This document shows, piece after piece, positions 8,289-17,685 of a stretch of DNA of 36,532 nt (within the stretch, counting starts at the first letter, position 1; every line of letters begins with the position of its first letter). The translations under genes were made by a program, and so were the position numbers. Below the pieces are notes generated by a model. It was not told the origin of the DNA. It worked only from the letters and a program-made list of their open reading frames with translations, and searched no databases. Source of the DNA: an uncultured Rickettsiales bacterium (GTDB lineage: Bacteria; Pseudomonadota; Alphaproteobacteria; Rickettsiales; SXRF01); NCBI GenBank assembly GCA_964620765.1, contig CAZUKF010000003.1:1-36532 (forward strand), read 5' to 3'.

Positions 8289-9476
8289 ATGTCAATAACA
8301 GAAATAGCTGACCGAGTAAATGCCCTTGGCAATGCCTGGGAACAATTTAAAAATGTTAACAACGCACGGTTGAACGAAATGGAGCGCAAAGGTGCCGCTG
8401 ATCCGCTGTACCTGGAGCATCTGGGCCGTATCTCCGGTGCGCTGGATTCCTACAAATCACGGCTCGATCAGGTGGAGACCGCGATGGCGCGGCCGGGCCT
8501 GGAAGCCGACGGCAAAAGCGCGCCGGAGTTGAGCCAGTATCGCAAGGCCTTCTGCAATTATCTGCGCAAGGGCATGGATGCAGGGCTGGAGACGCTCTCT
8601 ACCAAGGCGCTTTCCGTAGGTTCGGACCCGGATGGCGGTTATCTTGTAACCCCGACTATGTCGCAGAAAATTGTGCAGGCGGTGTTTGAAACGTCGCCGC
8701 TGCGCAGGCTGGCCTCGGTGGAAACCATTTCTTCCGATGCGCTGGAGCTGCTGGATGACCATGATTCCGCCGCTGCCGGCTGGACCGCTGAAACGGGTGC
8801 GGTTTCCGACACCACCTCTCCGCAGGTGGCCAAACGCCTGATCCCCGTGCACGAGCTTTATGCGCAGCCGAAGGCGACGCAGAAGCTGGTGGATGATTCT
8901 TCCATCGACATCGAGGGCTGGATCAGCGGCAAGGTGGCCGACATTTTCTCCCGCAAGGAGAATGATGCGTTCATCAACGGCAACGGGGTTTCGCAGCCGC
9001 GCGGCATTCTCACCTACACGGCGGGAACGACGTGGGGCAAGATCGAGCAGGTGAACTCCGGCACTTCCGCGCAGGTAACGGCGGATGGGCTGATCAAGGT
9101 GTTCTACGCGCTGAAGGACGGTTACATGAAGCGCGCCAGTTTCATCATGAACCGCAGCGTGGTGCAGGCCACACGCCTGCTGAAGGAAGCCACTACCAAC
9201 CAGTATCTCTGGCAGCCGGGCCTTGCCAGCGGCCAGCCCGACACGCTGATGGGCGTGCCGGTTTTCATGGCCGCCGACATGCCTGCGGCCGGCGCGAACT
9301 CGCTCTCCGTGGCGGTGGGGGATTTCCAGGCGGGCTACCAGATTGTCGACCGCATCGGCATACGCATTTTGCGCGATCCGTTCACGGACAAGCCGTTCGT
9401 GAAATTCTACACCACCAAGCGCGTGGGCGGCGACGTGGTGAACACGGACGCCATCAAGATTCTGAAATTAGCGTAG
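8289..9476 (+). CDS. HK97-fold major capsid protein (GTA g5-like)
   Basis: RBS AGGAG; YLRKG, DGGYLV, HELYAQPKATQKLVDDS, FINGNG, YLWQPG, LRDPFTDKPFVKFYTTKRVGGDV. Confidence 0.98.
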   Translation: MSITEIADRVNALGNAWEQFKNVNNARLNEMERKGAADPLYLEHLGRISGALDSYKSRLDQVETAMARPGLEADGKSAPELSQYRKAFCNYLRKGMDAGLETLSTKALSVGSDPDGGYLVTPTMSQKIVQAVFETSPLRRLASVETISSDALELLDDHDSAAAGWTAETGAVSDTTSPQVAKRLIPVHELYAQPKATQKLVDDSSIDIEGWISGKVADIFSRKENDAFINGNGVSQPRGILTYTAGTTWGKIEQVNSGTSAQVTADGLIKVFYALKDGYMKRASFIMNRSVVQATRLLKEATTNQYLWQPGLASGQPDTLMGVPVFMAADMPAAGANSLSVAVGDFQAGYQIVDRIGIRILRDPFTDKPFVKFYTTKRVGGDVVNTDAIKILKLA

Positions 9477-9539
9477 TGCCTGGAATCGAGTGCCTAGTGC
9501 TGAGTGATCCATGCACTAGGCACAAGGCACTCGTCACTT
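9474..9539. repeat. Inverted heptamer tandem array (TAGTGCC-type)
   Basis: TAGTGCC..GAGTGCC TAGTGCT ... GCACTA GGCACAA GGCACTC GTCACTT. Confidence 0.75.
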
Positions 9540-9558
9540 TTATCGAAAGGAAAAAGCA

Positions 9559-9978
9559 ATGAGAGACCTTTACAATAACATCAACGTGCTGCAGGCGCTC
9601 AACCCGCAGACATCGACAACGACGAAGACTTCGAGCACCATCGATTTGCAGGGCTATAACGCGGCGCTGGTGCTGTTTGCCATCGGTGCCAGCGGCGACA
9701 CGCTTTCCGGCTCCGTGTTCTGGACGCTGAAGCTGCAGCACAGCGATGATGACAGTTCGTATGCCGACGTGACCACGGCAGACCTGCTGGGTGGCGTTTC
9801 GGCCGCCCCCATCGTGGTGGATGCCCCCGGCGAGGCCCAGCTGACGTACAAGTTTGGCTATGTGGGCGCCAAACGCTACCTCAAAGGCGTGGCCACCCCC
9901 ACCGGGACCCATACCAACGGCACGCCCATTGGTATTTTAGCGCTCCGGGGTAACGCTAATTTAAGCCCTGTGAGTTAG
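9559..9978 (+). CDS. Putative capsid decoration/cement protein
   Basis: Directly after the capsid gene; beta-rich, IDLQGY, LQHSDD.SSYADV, GYVG.KRYL. Function inferred. Confidence 0.65.
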   Translation: MRDLYNNINVLQALNPQTSTTTKTSSTIDLQGYNAALVLFAIGASGDTLSGSVFWTLKLQHSDDDSSYADVTTADLLGGVSAAPIVVDAPGEAQLTYKFGYVGAKRYLKGVATPTGTHTNGTPIGILALRGNANLSPVS

Positions 9979-9989
9979 GATTACCTTAT

Positions 9990-10027
9990 GCCCGGCGGGA
10001 CGGATGTACTCCCGCCGGGCCTTTTTT
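9990..10027 (+). terminator. Intrinsic terminator
   Basis: 11-bp stem gcccggcggga/tcccgccgggc followed by a T-run. Confidence 0.88.
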
Positions 10028-10051
10028 ACAATTTCTTATTTGAGAATTTTG

Positions 10052-10067
10052 GTAAATTATGCTTAAC
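10052..10067 (+). promoter_or_regulatory. CtrA-like box GTAA-N7-TTAAC
   Basis: GTAA-attatgc-TTAAC, with a candidate -10 TAGAAT at 10089-10094. Confidence 0.5.
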
Positions 10068-10102
10068 TAATGCCGTGCAAAACAAAAATAGAATATGGTT
10101 GT

Positions 10103-10738
10103 ATGGAAAAGATATATCGGCTCGATAGCCCTGCCTTGGACGGCGTGACTCTTGATACATTTGATGTGAAGCGCGTTGAGCAGTTCCTGGGGCAAACCTT
10201 GTATAAGGATGACAAGGTAATGGCCCGTATGGAGTCTGCGCTGCCTGCCGGTTTCCAGCAACCGCGCCTGCCTGCGGGCATTGTGCCTGATCCGTCTGTG
10301 GAAATAATCGATATGCAAAGATATTGGCAGCCGGCTACCAACCTAGCGCCTGGTCTGATGCAGTTTGATTTCAAGCTGCCGTTTAAGGACGAAGAGTTTT
10401 CTTTCAAAATAATGCGCTATCTGCGTGATAATAAGGACCTGATTGGTCTTACGGGTGATTCATTGGCCAAGAGCAACAGTACTGAGGTAACACTGAGCCC
10501 GCAGATGACTACTGCGCTTGGGGCGGAGTACGCAACGGAAGGTTTCACGCTCGAAATGATGGGCATTAAGCATGCGAGCTTCCAGATGTTTATGACTGAA
10601 GAAAGCGCGGTTAGGCTTTCTGAGCACCTAGCAAGGCAGCGTCAGGCGGCACCCGCCTCCGGGCTGACAGACAACGAGCTGCACCCGAACGGGCCGGGGC
10701 AGGCTGGAGCTGTTCCTCCCCCTCCGCCACCTCCTTAA
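10103..10738 (+). CDS. Hypothetical protein ending in a poly-proline tract (alternative start 10070)
   Basis: ORF ends GAVPPPPPPP; visibly lower GC than the GTA genes. Confidence 0.7.
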   Translation: MEKIYRLDSPALDGVTLDTFDVKRVEQFLGQTLYKDDKVMARMESALPAGFQQPRLPAGIVPDPSVEIIDMQRYWQPATNLAPGLMQFDFKLPFKDEEFSFKIMRYLRDNKDLIGLTGDSLAKSNSTEVTLSPQMTTALGAEYATEGFTLEMMGIKHASFQMFMTEESAVRLSEHLARQRQAAPASGLTDNELHPNGPGQAGAVPPPPPPP

Positions 10739-10742
10739 GCGC

Positions 10743-10771
10743 TTGACACACCACGGGGCGGTGGCTATTTT
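10743..10771 (+). promoter_or_regulatory. Sigma70-type promoter
   Basis: TTGACA-17 nt-TATTTT, with GC just before the -10. Confidence 0.55.
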
Positions 10772-10841
10772 AACAAATCTTTTATAATTGAACCACATAC
10801 TGTGCGTTCAATTACCAGCAACCGCCAGCAGGGAAAAACTC

Positions 10842-11201
10842 GTGTCCAAACTTAGCCGTACCGAACAGATCATCGCCGAGAAGACCGTCTGCGTTTTGCT
10901 GGTGAGAGGTGAAAACCCCGAAGGCGGGAAAATCTACGCTTACGTGGCCGTGCGCGCCGACAAGCTGGAAGAATTCATGGAAGCGCAGAAAAAGGGCATG
11001 TTCTACCCGGAAGAGCACGGGATGATTCTTGCCGCCGGCGAAGGCGAGCCCGACCAGGCCACGCGCGACCGCATGACCAAGGAATACGGGTTCAACCACC
11101 AGGCCATGATGGACATCCCGGACCCGAAAAAGGCACATGAAATCGCCTCCGACCTAAAGGCCTATGATGCCTTAAAACCGAAGCAAGAAGGCGACGCCTA
11201 G
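10842..11201 (+). CDS. Small hypothetical protein; paralog of 7388-7660
   Basis: GTG start with AGGGA RBS (alternative TTG at 10788). LLVRG...IYAYVAV...HGMILAAGEGEP...KEYGF. Confidence 0.8.
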   Translation: MSKLSRTEQIIAEKTVCVLLVRGENPEGGKIYAYVAVRADKLEEFMEAQKKGMFYPEEHGMILAAGEGEPDQATRDRMTKEYGFNHQAMMDIPDPKKAHEIASDLKAYDALKPKQEGDA

Positions 11202-11210
11202 TCCCTCGTT

Positions 11211-11296
11211 GTCATCCCCGCCTTGAGCGGGGATCCCAAGCATCTGCACGCGCCCCTAGAGATCCCCGCTCTACGCTTTGCTTCGGCGGGGATGAC
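11211..11296. repeat. REP/RPE-like palindromic element
   Basis: 12-bp IR gtcatccccgcc/ggcggggatgac with internal agcggggatc/gatccccgct. Confidence 0.85.
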
Positions 11297-11458
11297 GGTG
11301 TTTTGTGAATTATGACAGTTTTGTTGCAGCGGCTCGTTTCCGCGGCACGGGTTTTATTCTGCGGTCACATAAACTTAACGAGACCACTGGCGGCCTCTTC
11401 CGGTAATATGTAATGGGGAAATAGTGTATTTTCCCGTAGTTTAACTATTTCGGGCGGT

Positions 11459-12208
11459 ATGTCTTACGTAGGCAAACTGTTGGCAGAAGAGGGAAAGCGC
11501 CTGAGCATGATCGGGAGCAATGGGAAGCCCATTGGCCGGAATATCGGCCTGGAGTCCCTTGGCTTTGCCGTGGCCGAAGGTGTGTCCATGCTCACGGCGC
11601 TGGGCGTGGTAGCCTGCGCCGACCAGGTGGCGCCCAAGATTGTCAACGGCACGGCCGATGTGCTGGCCAATACCGTGGTGCTGCCGCTGCTGGACCCTAT
11701 CGAACATACGTTGGACCGCGCCTGCAAGCTGGAAGAATGTAAGCGCGACCCCGATGTGCCCCGGGAAGAGCGGGCTAAACACCTGGCCAAGACGCTGGTG
11801 GTGTTCGGCGCGTCGTGGGCAACGGCGATGATCTTCAAGATTGAAACCCGCCGCTACATGAACCGCTCGTTTGATATTCCCAGCGATACACGGCCGGACG
11901 CAAAATGGTGGGAGTTCTGGAAGCTTTCACGCAAAGAATTCATGATTCTTGCGGCGGATGAAGGCGTGCATTACGGCGCGCTCGGCCTGCTCAATACCAG
12001 TGCTGCGCATACCACCGACCAGGTCATACGCTCCACCCGCAACATGCTGATGAAATGCGGTGTGCCGGAAGACAAGGCGCAGGAGCTCTCGGCCTATACG
12101 ATGATCTGGGAAATGCCCAACTTCCTCGGTCTGCTGGCGGGTCTGGGCGCCATTTACGCTACGCACAAATATCCCGGACCGCTGGGAATCAAGCCTCCCG
12201 GGCATTGA
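11459..12208 (+). CDS. Hypothetical membrane protein
   Basis: 249 aa with several hydrophobic segments. Confidence 0.8.
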   Translation: MSYVGKLLAEEGKRLSMIGSNGKPIGRNIGLESLGFAVAEGVSMLTALGVVACADQVAPKIVNGTADVLANTVVLPLLDPIEHTLDRACKLEECKRDPDVPREERAKHLAKTLVVFGASWATAMIFKIETRRYMNRSFDIPSDTRPDAKWWEFWKLSRKEFMILAADEGVHYGALGLLNTSAAHTTDQVIRSTRNMLMKCGVPEDKAQELSAYTMIWEMPNFLGLLAGLGAIYATHKYPGPLGIKPPGH

Positions 12209-12314
12209 GATCTCTTTTGATTTCATTGGTTTGCAAAAAAAATGCACGGCTAAACGCTCTGTTAAGAAAAATCGGGCACAATCAAGGGTATACACCCAAC
12301 TGGAGCGGCGGGGA

Positions 12315-12956
12315 ATGCCACATTCGTCTAAATTGGTTTTCGAGATGGCATACAACGGCACACGTTATGATGTGTCGTTGGAATGGGCTGATCATCCCAT
12401 GCACGGCAAGCGCGTGCTGTGCATCGACCTGCCGTATGCAGGCCCGGACAGTCACGGCCGCAAGGTAAGTCCGATGGATGCTGCCGTGATCCAGCCGCTG
12501 AAATGGCGCGACTGTGGTGAGTTCAATCTCAACGGGGCTTCGCGCGAAATTGAAAATGACCGCATCATCTACATGCTGCCCAAACCGGGCGGCAAATCTG
12601 AAGATGAGCTGATGTCGCTAGTGGCGCACCGCCTGATCGAAGCGGGGCTGCACGGGCACCTCAAGTCCGGCAAGATTCCTGAGGCCGATGAAGATAACGG
12701 CGCTGAAAGGCGTTCCGGCGGTGACAGGCGCGTGGAAGGTGACAGGCGGGCCAGCAACAACGGCCATCAGCATCCGGCGCCGATGCGCCTGGGCGAATGC
12801 AACGGGCATCCCAGCCTGGAGAAGATTGTTGGGGCTCTGCGCAAGACGCGCCTTGCTTTCTCCGCCGACGAGGCGGATATCCAGAATGCAGCGCAGATGG
12901 TGTATTTCGCCATCAATAATCAGAAGCCGCCGAGCAGCGGCAACAGCAACTTCTAA
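12315..12956 (+). CDS. Hypothetical protein containing ERRxxxDRRxxxDRR
   Basis: ATG at 12315 with purine-rich upstream sequence; 213 aa. Confidence 0.75.
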   Translation: MPHSSKLVFEMAYNGTRYDVSLEWADHPMHGKRVLCIDLPYAGPDSHGRKVSPMDAAVIQPLKWRDCGEFNLNGASREIENDRIIYMLPKPGGKSEDELMSLVAHRLIEAGLHGHLKSGKIPEADEDNGAERRSGGDRRVEGDRRASNNGHQHPAPMRLGECNGHPSLEKIVGALRKTRLAFSADEADIQNAAQMVYFAINNQKPPSSGNSNF

Positions 12957-12981
12957 ATCCCTTTAGCTTAAGGAGTACCCC

Positions 12982-13530
12982 ATGACCGTATTACTACGGC
13001 GCGGACTCGCGCGCGTGGCGGAACCGGCTGTTGAGCCGGTGACGCTTTCGGAAGCCATGCTCTACCTGCGTGTTGATGGCGATGCCGAGGACGATCTGAT
13101 CGAGGACCTCATCACGGCGGCGCGGGAGCAGGCGGAGGAGTATTTGCGCCGCTCGCTGATCACGCAGAGTTGGAAGCTTTCTTACAACGATTGCGCGCCG
13201 GAGGAGGTGTTCCTACCGCGTGGGCCGGTGGCCTCGGTTACGTCGGTGACGGCGTTTGACCGGCTGGGGGCGGCAACGGTGATTTCGCCGGATGTCTATT
13301 ACCTCGATGCGACGCAGGACACGCTGATATTCGACACTGGCATCCTTTCGCACCGGGTGGAGATTGTTTATGGCACCGGCTATGGCGATGCGGCGGACGT
13401 GCCGCGGCCCATCAAGGCCGGGCTGCTTGCGCACGTGGCCGAGCTTTATGACCGCCGGGGCGACGCGGAGGTGGCCATGCCGCTGCAGGTGCAGCGCCTC
13501 TATGCGCCCTACCGCGACGCGAGGGTATGA
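12982..13530 (+). CDS. Head-tail adaptor/connector (gp6-like; GTA g6)
   Basis: PAVEPVTLSEA..YLRVD...ED.LI..LI.AAR..AE.Y.RR.LITQ.W; GYG....VP; YDRRG. Confidence 0.95.
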   Translation: MTVLLRRGLARVAEPAVEPVTLSEAMLYLRVDGDAEDDLIEDLITAAREQAEEYLRRSLITQSWKLSYNDCAPEEVFLPRGPVASVTSVTAFDRLGAATVISPDVYYLDATQDTLIFDTGILSHRVEIVYGTGYGDAADVPRPIKAGLLAHVAELYDRRGDAEVAMPLQVQRLYAPYRDARV

Positions 13531-13871
13531 GTATGGAGCACCTGGCATCACGCCTTCGCCACCGGGTAACATTGCAGCAACCGGTGATGGTTTCTGATAC
13601 CGGTGGGGGGTATGTAAAAACATGGGAAGATGTGGAGGAGCTGTGGGCGGGCGTTGAGCCGCTGAACGGCCGCGACATCACCAATGAGCGCTTTATCGAC
13701 CAGCATGTGCAGGCGCTGGTTACCCACCGGGTGTATATGCGCTACCGGGAAGGGGTAACCTCCGCCATGCGGCTGCTGCACGCAGGGCGGGAGCTATACA
13801 TACACGCGGTGGTGAATGTGGAGGAGAGGGGTATTCTTCTGGAGATTTTAGCGGAAGAAGGTGGGGCTTGA
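13527..13871 (+). CDS. Head closure/stopper protein (SPP1 gp16-like; GTA g7)
   Basis: LRHRVTLQ....D.GGG....W......WA; THRVYMRYR.GVT.AMR; ATGA coupling to g6. Confidence 0.95.
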   Translation: MSMEHLASRLRHRVTLQQPVMVSDTGGGYVKTWEDVEELWAGVEPLNGRDITNERFIDQHVQALVTHRVYMRYREGVTSAMRLLHAGRELYIHAVVNVEERGILLEILAEEGGA

Positions 13872-13876
13872 TAATT

Positions 13877-14025
13877 CCCTCTCCTGCCTCGCACAATCCC
13901 AGTTATCGGAAGCGATAGAGAGGGACAAGTGCTCGGCATCCTCTCCCGATACAGCATCCTGCTTCGCAGGGATGCTGTACTTAATTTATCGGCATTCCGA
14001 AGGAATGCCGTTGGCGGGAGAGGAT
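13877..14025. repeat. Composite nested palindromic element
   Basis: Core shared with 17594-17681; outer stem atcctctcccg/cgggagaggat encloses two extra hairpins. Confidence 0.8.
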
Positions 14026-14459
14026 CAGCGAACTTTTGCGATGACCTGCTGCTGCATCAGCACACGGAAGGCGGTGCCGAGGACTTTCATGTTTTCCTTG
14101 AAGGCATAGGCCCAGTTGCCTGGGATCTTCATTTTGCAGCTGACGCAGACGTCATGCAGCATGCCCACCGCCGAATCCAGCGAAAAGAGACGCAGCGCGT
14201 CTGCCAGCTGTTTCGGGTTGCGAAGCGGGATGCGGGTGGCCACCAGGTATACGCCGTGCAGCAGGTCTTTCACCGCGCGCTGCCACGGCTGGTAGGCCTG
14301 TGAATACTGTGGCTGCACCTGCTCCATGATTTGCTCAAAATAGTGTTCCGCGGAAACAAGGGCACCCTGGTACTGGTGCAGGAACTCATGAAACACGCGA
14401 ATAGCACCGGCTGTATCGTTTTCGTCTTCCGGAGGCTTGATGGTGGTGATGTTGAGCAT
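14025..14459 (-). CDS. Hypothetical helical protein
   Basis: 144 aa from ATG 14459; the longer start would overlap DUF3168 head-to-head. Confidence 0.7.
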   Translation of the reverse strand: MLNITTIKPPEDENDTAGAIRVFHEFLHQYQGALVSAEHYFEQIMEQVQPQYSQAYQPWQRAVKDLLHGVYLVATRIPLRNPKQLADALRLFSLDSAVGMLHDVCVSCKMKIPGNWAYAFKENMKVLGTAFRVLMQQQVIAKVR

Positions 14460-14467
14460 GCCTACCC

Positions 14468-14501
14468 ATACTAGCAAATAACCATGACAGTTATGTGACA
14501 G
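14468..14501 (-). promoter_or_regulatory. Pho-box-like promoter
   Basis: CTGTCAC-ATAA-CTGTCAT, a 10-nt spacer, then -10 TAGTAT: the canonical PhoB-promoter geometry. Confidence 0.7.
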
Positions 14502-14537
14502 CTCACCGATTCCGGGAGCGAAACGAGGGAGATTCAT

Positions 14538-14939
14538 ATGAGCGGCTACGGCCAGTTCGAACTTCAAAAAGCGGTATATCAGAAGCTTACGGGGGATGCC
14601 CCGCTAATGGCCCTTATTTCAGCAGTTTATGACCAGGCGCCGCAGGATATTTCCTATCCTTATATGACTATTGGGGAGGCCCTGCTGAGGGACTGGTCTA
14701 CCACCACCACCACCGGGGCCGCCTGCAGCCTGATTGTGCGGGTCTTTTCCCGCGAGGGCGGGCGCAAGCAGGCCGCGACCATCATGGAGCGGGTGCATGC
14801 GCTACTGCACCGGGGCAGCCTGGCGGTGACCGGGCACAGTACTGTGCTTTCGCGCTTTGAATTCGCCGAGACGCGGCTGGAGGATGACGGCGCGACGTAC
14901 CAGGGCATCATGCGTTTCCGTGTACTTTTACAGGGGTAG
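14538..14939 (+). CDS. DUF3168 tail terminator/completion protein (GTA g8)
   Basis: LQKAVY..L..DA.L.AL..AVYD.AP....PY.TIG....DWST; G.K.A; YQG.MRFR. Confidence 0.95.
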   Translation: MSGYGQFELQKAVYQKLTGDAPLMALISAVYDQAPQDISYPYMTIGEALLRDWSTTTTTGAACSLIVRVFSREGGRKQAATIMERVHALLHRGSLAVTGHSTVLSRFEFAETRLEDDGATYQGIMRFRVLLQG

Positions 14940-14941
14940 TT

Positions 14942-15349
14942 ATGGCCGCACAGGATGGAGCTAATGTATTGCTGGCCGCTGGTAATGGCGGGGGGCCGGA
15001 AACTTTTGCCGCTATCGGCGGCATGCGGTTGACGGCGCTGCAGCTCGCCAACCGGCCGCTGGAGGCCACCAACCGTGAAAGCGGGGCGTGGCGCGCACTG
15101 GCGGCGGCTACGGGTGCACGTGCCGTGAGCATCAGCGGGCGGGGGTGGTTTACGGCCAGCGCCGCCGAAGAAACGCTGCGGGGTTACGCGTTTGCGGGTT
15201 CTGCGAATAACTGGCGGATTACATTTCCCGCAGGCAACACGCTGACCGGCTCGTTTATCGTGACGGCGTACAGCCGGAGCGGTGAGGTGGGAGATGAGGA
15301 AAATTTCAGTCTTACGCTGGAGAGCGCGGGTGCGCTTGTTTATATCTAA
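14942..15349 (+). CDS. Major tail tube protein, TP901-1 family (GTA g9)
   Basis: MAAQ.G...LL..G.G..PETF..IGG.R; WR.L...G.R.VSISG.G.F; FSLTLESAG. Confidence 0.92.
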   Translation: MAAQDGANVLLAAGNGGGPETFAAIGGMRLTALQLANRPLEATNRESGAWRALAAATGARAVSISGRGWFTASAAEETLRGYAFAGSANNWRITFPAGNTLTGSFIVTAYSRSGEVGDEENFSLTLESAGALVYI

Positions 15350-15364
15350 TCTCTTATTCATTCA

Positions 15365-15452
15365 TGTCGTCCCGGCGCAGGCCGGGATCCACGAACTTTC
15401 TTGTTTCTTAGGTTCAGTAAGATCGTGGATGGCGGCCTTCGCCGCCACGACA
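15365..15452. repeat. REP/RPE-like palindromic element
   Basis: tgtcgt/acgaca ends; hairpins cccggc-gcag-gccggg and ggcggc-cttc-gccgcc; atccacga/tcgtggat stem. Confidence 0.82.
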
Positions 15453-15491
15453 GTTGTCTATTGATTCCTTCTCCCGTTGCACGGGAGAAGG

Positions 15492-17525
15492 CTAGTTCAT
15501 CCGTGCATCAAGCGCGTGATCAATCTTCGCTTTTAACTCACCCGGCGTGAGGGGTTTGGCGATGTAATCATCCATCCCGGCGCGCAGGCACTTGGCACGG
15601 TCTTCAATGTAGGCAAACGCGGTCATGGCGATGATGGGTGTGTGGGGCAGGGATTTGCGCTTCTCCAGCTCGCGGATGAAATGCGTGGCCTCGTAGCCAT
15701 CCATGTCCGGCAGCTGCACGTCCATCAGCACCACGCGGAACGGGCGCGCTGCATATTTCTCCACGGCTTCGCGGCCGTTGAGCGCCACTTCGTAGCTGTA
15801 GCCGAATTCATCCAGATAGGTGGTGGCGACGAGAATGTTGGCCTGGTAATCCTCCACCAGCAGGACATTGGGCCTGTCGAATTTATGGTCCTGCCTTTCG
15901 GCGGAAAGATGTTCCAGCGCGGCAGAAAATTCCTGCCGGTCGAAGGAATGGCTGGTTTCCTCTTCGTCCAGCTGCTGCAGGGCGAGCGGGATATAGAAGC
16001 TGAATTCCGAGCCCTTGCCGGGGCTGCTGGAGACATCGATCTTGCCGCCCATGCGTTCCACCAGGCCCTTGCAGATGGCAAGGCCGAGCCCGGAGCCGCC
16101 GTAGCGGCGGGTGGTGGAGGAATTGGCCTGGGTGAATTTTTCAAAGATGGTTTTCTGCTTGTCGCGGGAAATGCCGATGCCGGTGTCGCTCACCCGGACA
16201 GCGACTTTGCGCACATTCGCGATCATGGGGGCGTGGCTGGCGATATTCACCGTGATCTGCCCCTTGTCGGTGAACTTGATGGCGTTGGACACCAGATTGA
16301 CTAACACCTGCCGGATGCGAAGCGGGTCTCCCATGAAGCGCTGCTGCAGCAAATGGCTGTATTGCAGCTCCAGCTTCAGGCTCTTTTCATTGGCCCGAAT
16401 CATCATGAGGGCCAGCACTTCTTCTGCCAGCTGCTTCAGGTTGAAGGCAATGTTTTCAAGCTCAATATTGTTGGTTTCAATCTTGGTGAAATCGAGCACT
16501 TCATTGATGAGTTTCAGCAGGGTTTCTGCGCTGAGCATGAGTGTATCGAGGTATTCTTTCTGGCGCGTGGGCGGCAGGTTGCCGGCCTGCAGAATGCTGG
16601 CGATGCCGATAACCGCGTTCATCGGGGTGCGGATTTCGTGGCTCATGTTGGCCAAGAATTCACTCTTGGCGATGGTGGCGGTTTCCGCCTGTTCCTTGGC
16701 GCGTATCAGCTCCTGTGTGCGCTTGTCTACCTGGTCTTTCAGGTGTTCGGCTAGCTTCTGTTTAATGCCTAGCGCAGCAATGGCGAAGCCCAGTATGAGC
16801 AGCGTCACGCTGCCGATGCCCAGCGCCAGCATGAAATTCTTACCGCTGAAGATGGGGTCAATGCGACAATCCGCGTAGGGTAGGAAAACAGCGGCTTCCA
16901 TGGCGGCATAATGCATGCCGCAAATGGCAGCGCCCATCACGGCGGCGCTGGAAATCTTGAAGAGAAGCTGCGAAGCCATCTGGTCCCTGGAGGTCCGGAA
17001 TGCGAGATACAGGGCGGCGGCAGAAGCACCGATGGCGATGAGTATGGAGGTGGTAAACCAGCCGGGCGTGTAGCGAAGGTCTGCCTGCATGTCCATAGCG
17101 GCCATGCCGGTGTAATGCATGCAGACAATGCCCAGGCCCAGGAAGGGAGCCGCCGTCCAGATGGTGCGGGAATTAAGTTCGCGCTTCTTGACGATGTCGA
17201 GCACGATATAGGAAAAAACCATCGGCAGGAGCAGGGACAGCAGCGTGATGCCGAAGTCGTAGTAATGCTCCATCTGCATATTGTAGGCGAGCATGCCGGT
17301 AAAATGCATCGACCAGATGCCAGCACCCATGACGATAGAGCCGCCGATATGCCAGAAGCGGGCAATGCGCGCCGAACGCTCGCGCCGGATCTGCGAAGCC
17401 ATGTCGAGTGCGACGTAGGAGGCCAGTGTGGCGATAACGTAGGAGAGCGCGACAAGGCCTAAATCGTAGGTTCCTACGATATGATTGGTGGGGAATGGCC
17501 CGGAAATAAATATTTCATCAAGCAT
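15492..17525 (-). CDS. MHYT-domain hybrid sensor histidine kinase / response regulator
   Basis: MHFTGM, MHYTGM and MHYAAM; H-box [14 protein letters not shown]; NAIKFT, DTGIG, GGSGLGL; receiver [11 protein letters not shown] and KP. Confidence 0.96.
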   Translation of the reverse strand: MLDEIFISGPFPTNHIVGTYDLGLVALSYVIATLASYVALDMASQIRRERSARIARFWHIGGSIVMGAGIWSMHFTGMLAYNMQMEHYYDFGITLLSLLLPMVFSYIVLDIVKKRELNSRTIWTAAPFLGLGIVCMHYTGMAAMDMQADLRYTPGWFTTSILIAIGASAAALYLAFRTSRDQMASQLLFKISSAAVMGAAICGMHYAAMEAAVFLPYADCRIDPIFSGKNFMLALGIGSVTLLILGFAIAALGIKQKLAEHLKDQVDKRTQELIRAKEQAETATIAKSEFLANMSHEIRTPMNAVIGIASILQAGNLPPTRQKEYLDTLMLSAETLLKLINEVLDFTKIETNNIELENIAFNLKQLAEEVLALMMIRANEKSLKLELQYSHLLQQRFMGDPLRIRQVLVNLVSNAIKFTDKGQITVNIASHAPMIANVRKVAVRVSDTGIGISRDKQKTIFEKFTQANSSTTRRYGGSGLGLAICKGLVERMGGKIDVSSSPGKGSEFSFYIPLALQQLDEEETSHSFDRQEFSAALEHLSAERQDHKFDRPNVLLVEDYQANILVATTYLDEFGYSYEVALNGREAVEKYAARPFRVVLMDVQLPDMDGYEATHFIRELEKRKSLPHTPIIAMTAFAYIEDRAKCLRAGMDDYIAKPLTPGELKAKIDHALDARMN

Positions 17526-17593
17526 AGAACTGCTAACTGCATTGGCGCAGACCTACGGCTGACTGGCAAATAAATTTGCCATAAGTATTAATT

Positions 17594-17681
17594 CCCTCAT
17601 CCGCCTCGCACAATCCCAGTCATCGTTTAGCGAGAGAGAGGGGCAAGTGCTCGGCACCTTCTCCCACAAGTGGGAGAAGGG
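17594..17681. repeat. Palindromic element related to 13877-14025
   Basis: ccctcatccgcctcgcacaatcccagt...caagtgctcggca followed by the ccttctcccac/gtgggagaagg hairpin. Confidence 0.82.
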
Positions 17682-17685
17682 AGAA

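Noticed and set aside
11312-11329. Pho-like box ATGACAG-TTTT-GTTGCAG
   Set aside because: It is degenerate and oriented toward the minus strand, where no gene start follows; not counted in the regulon.
15300-15491. Tail assembly chaperone with programmed frameshift after the tail tube gene
   Set aside because: The region contains only a palindromic repeat and a hairpin; the short ORF 15282-15464 is translated repeat.
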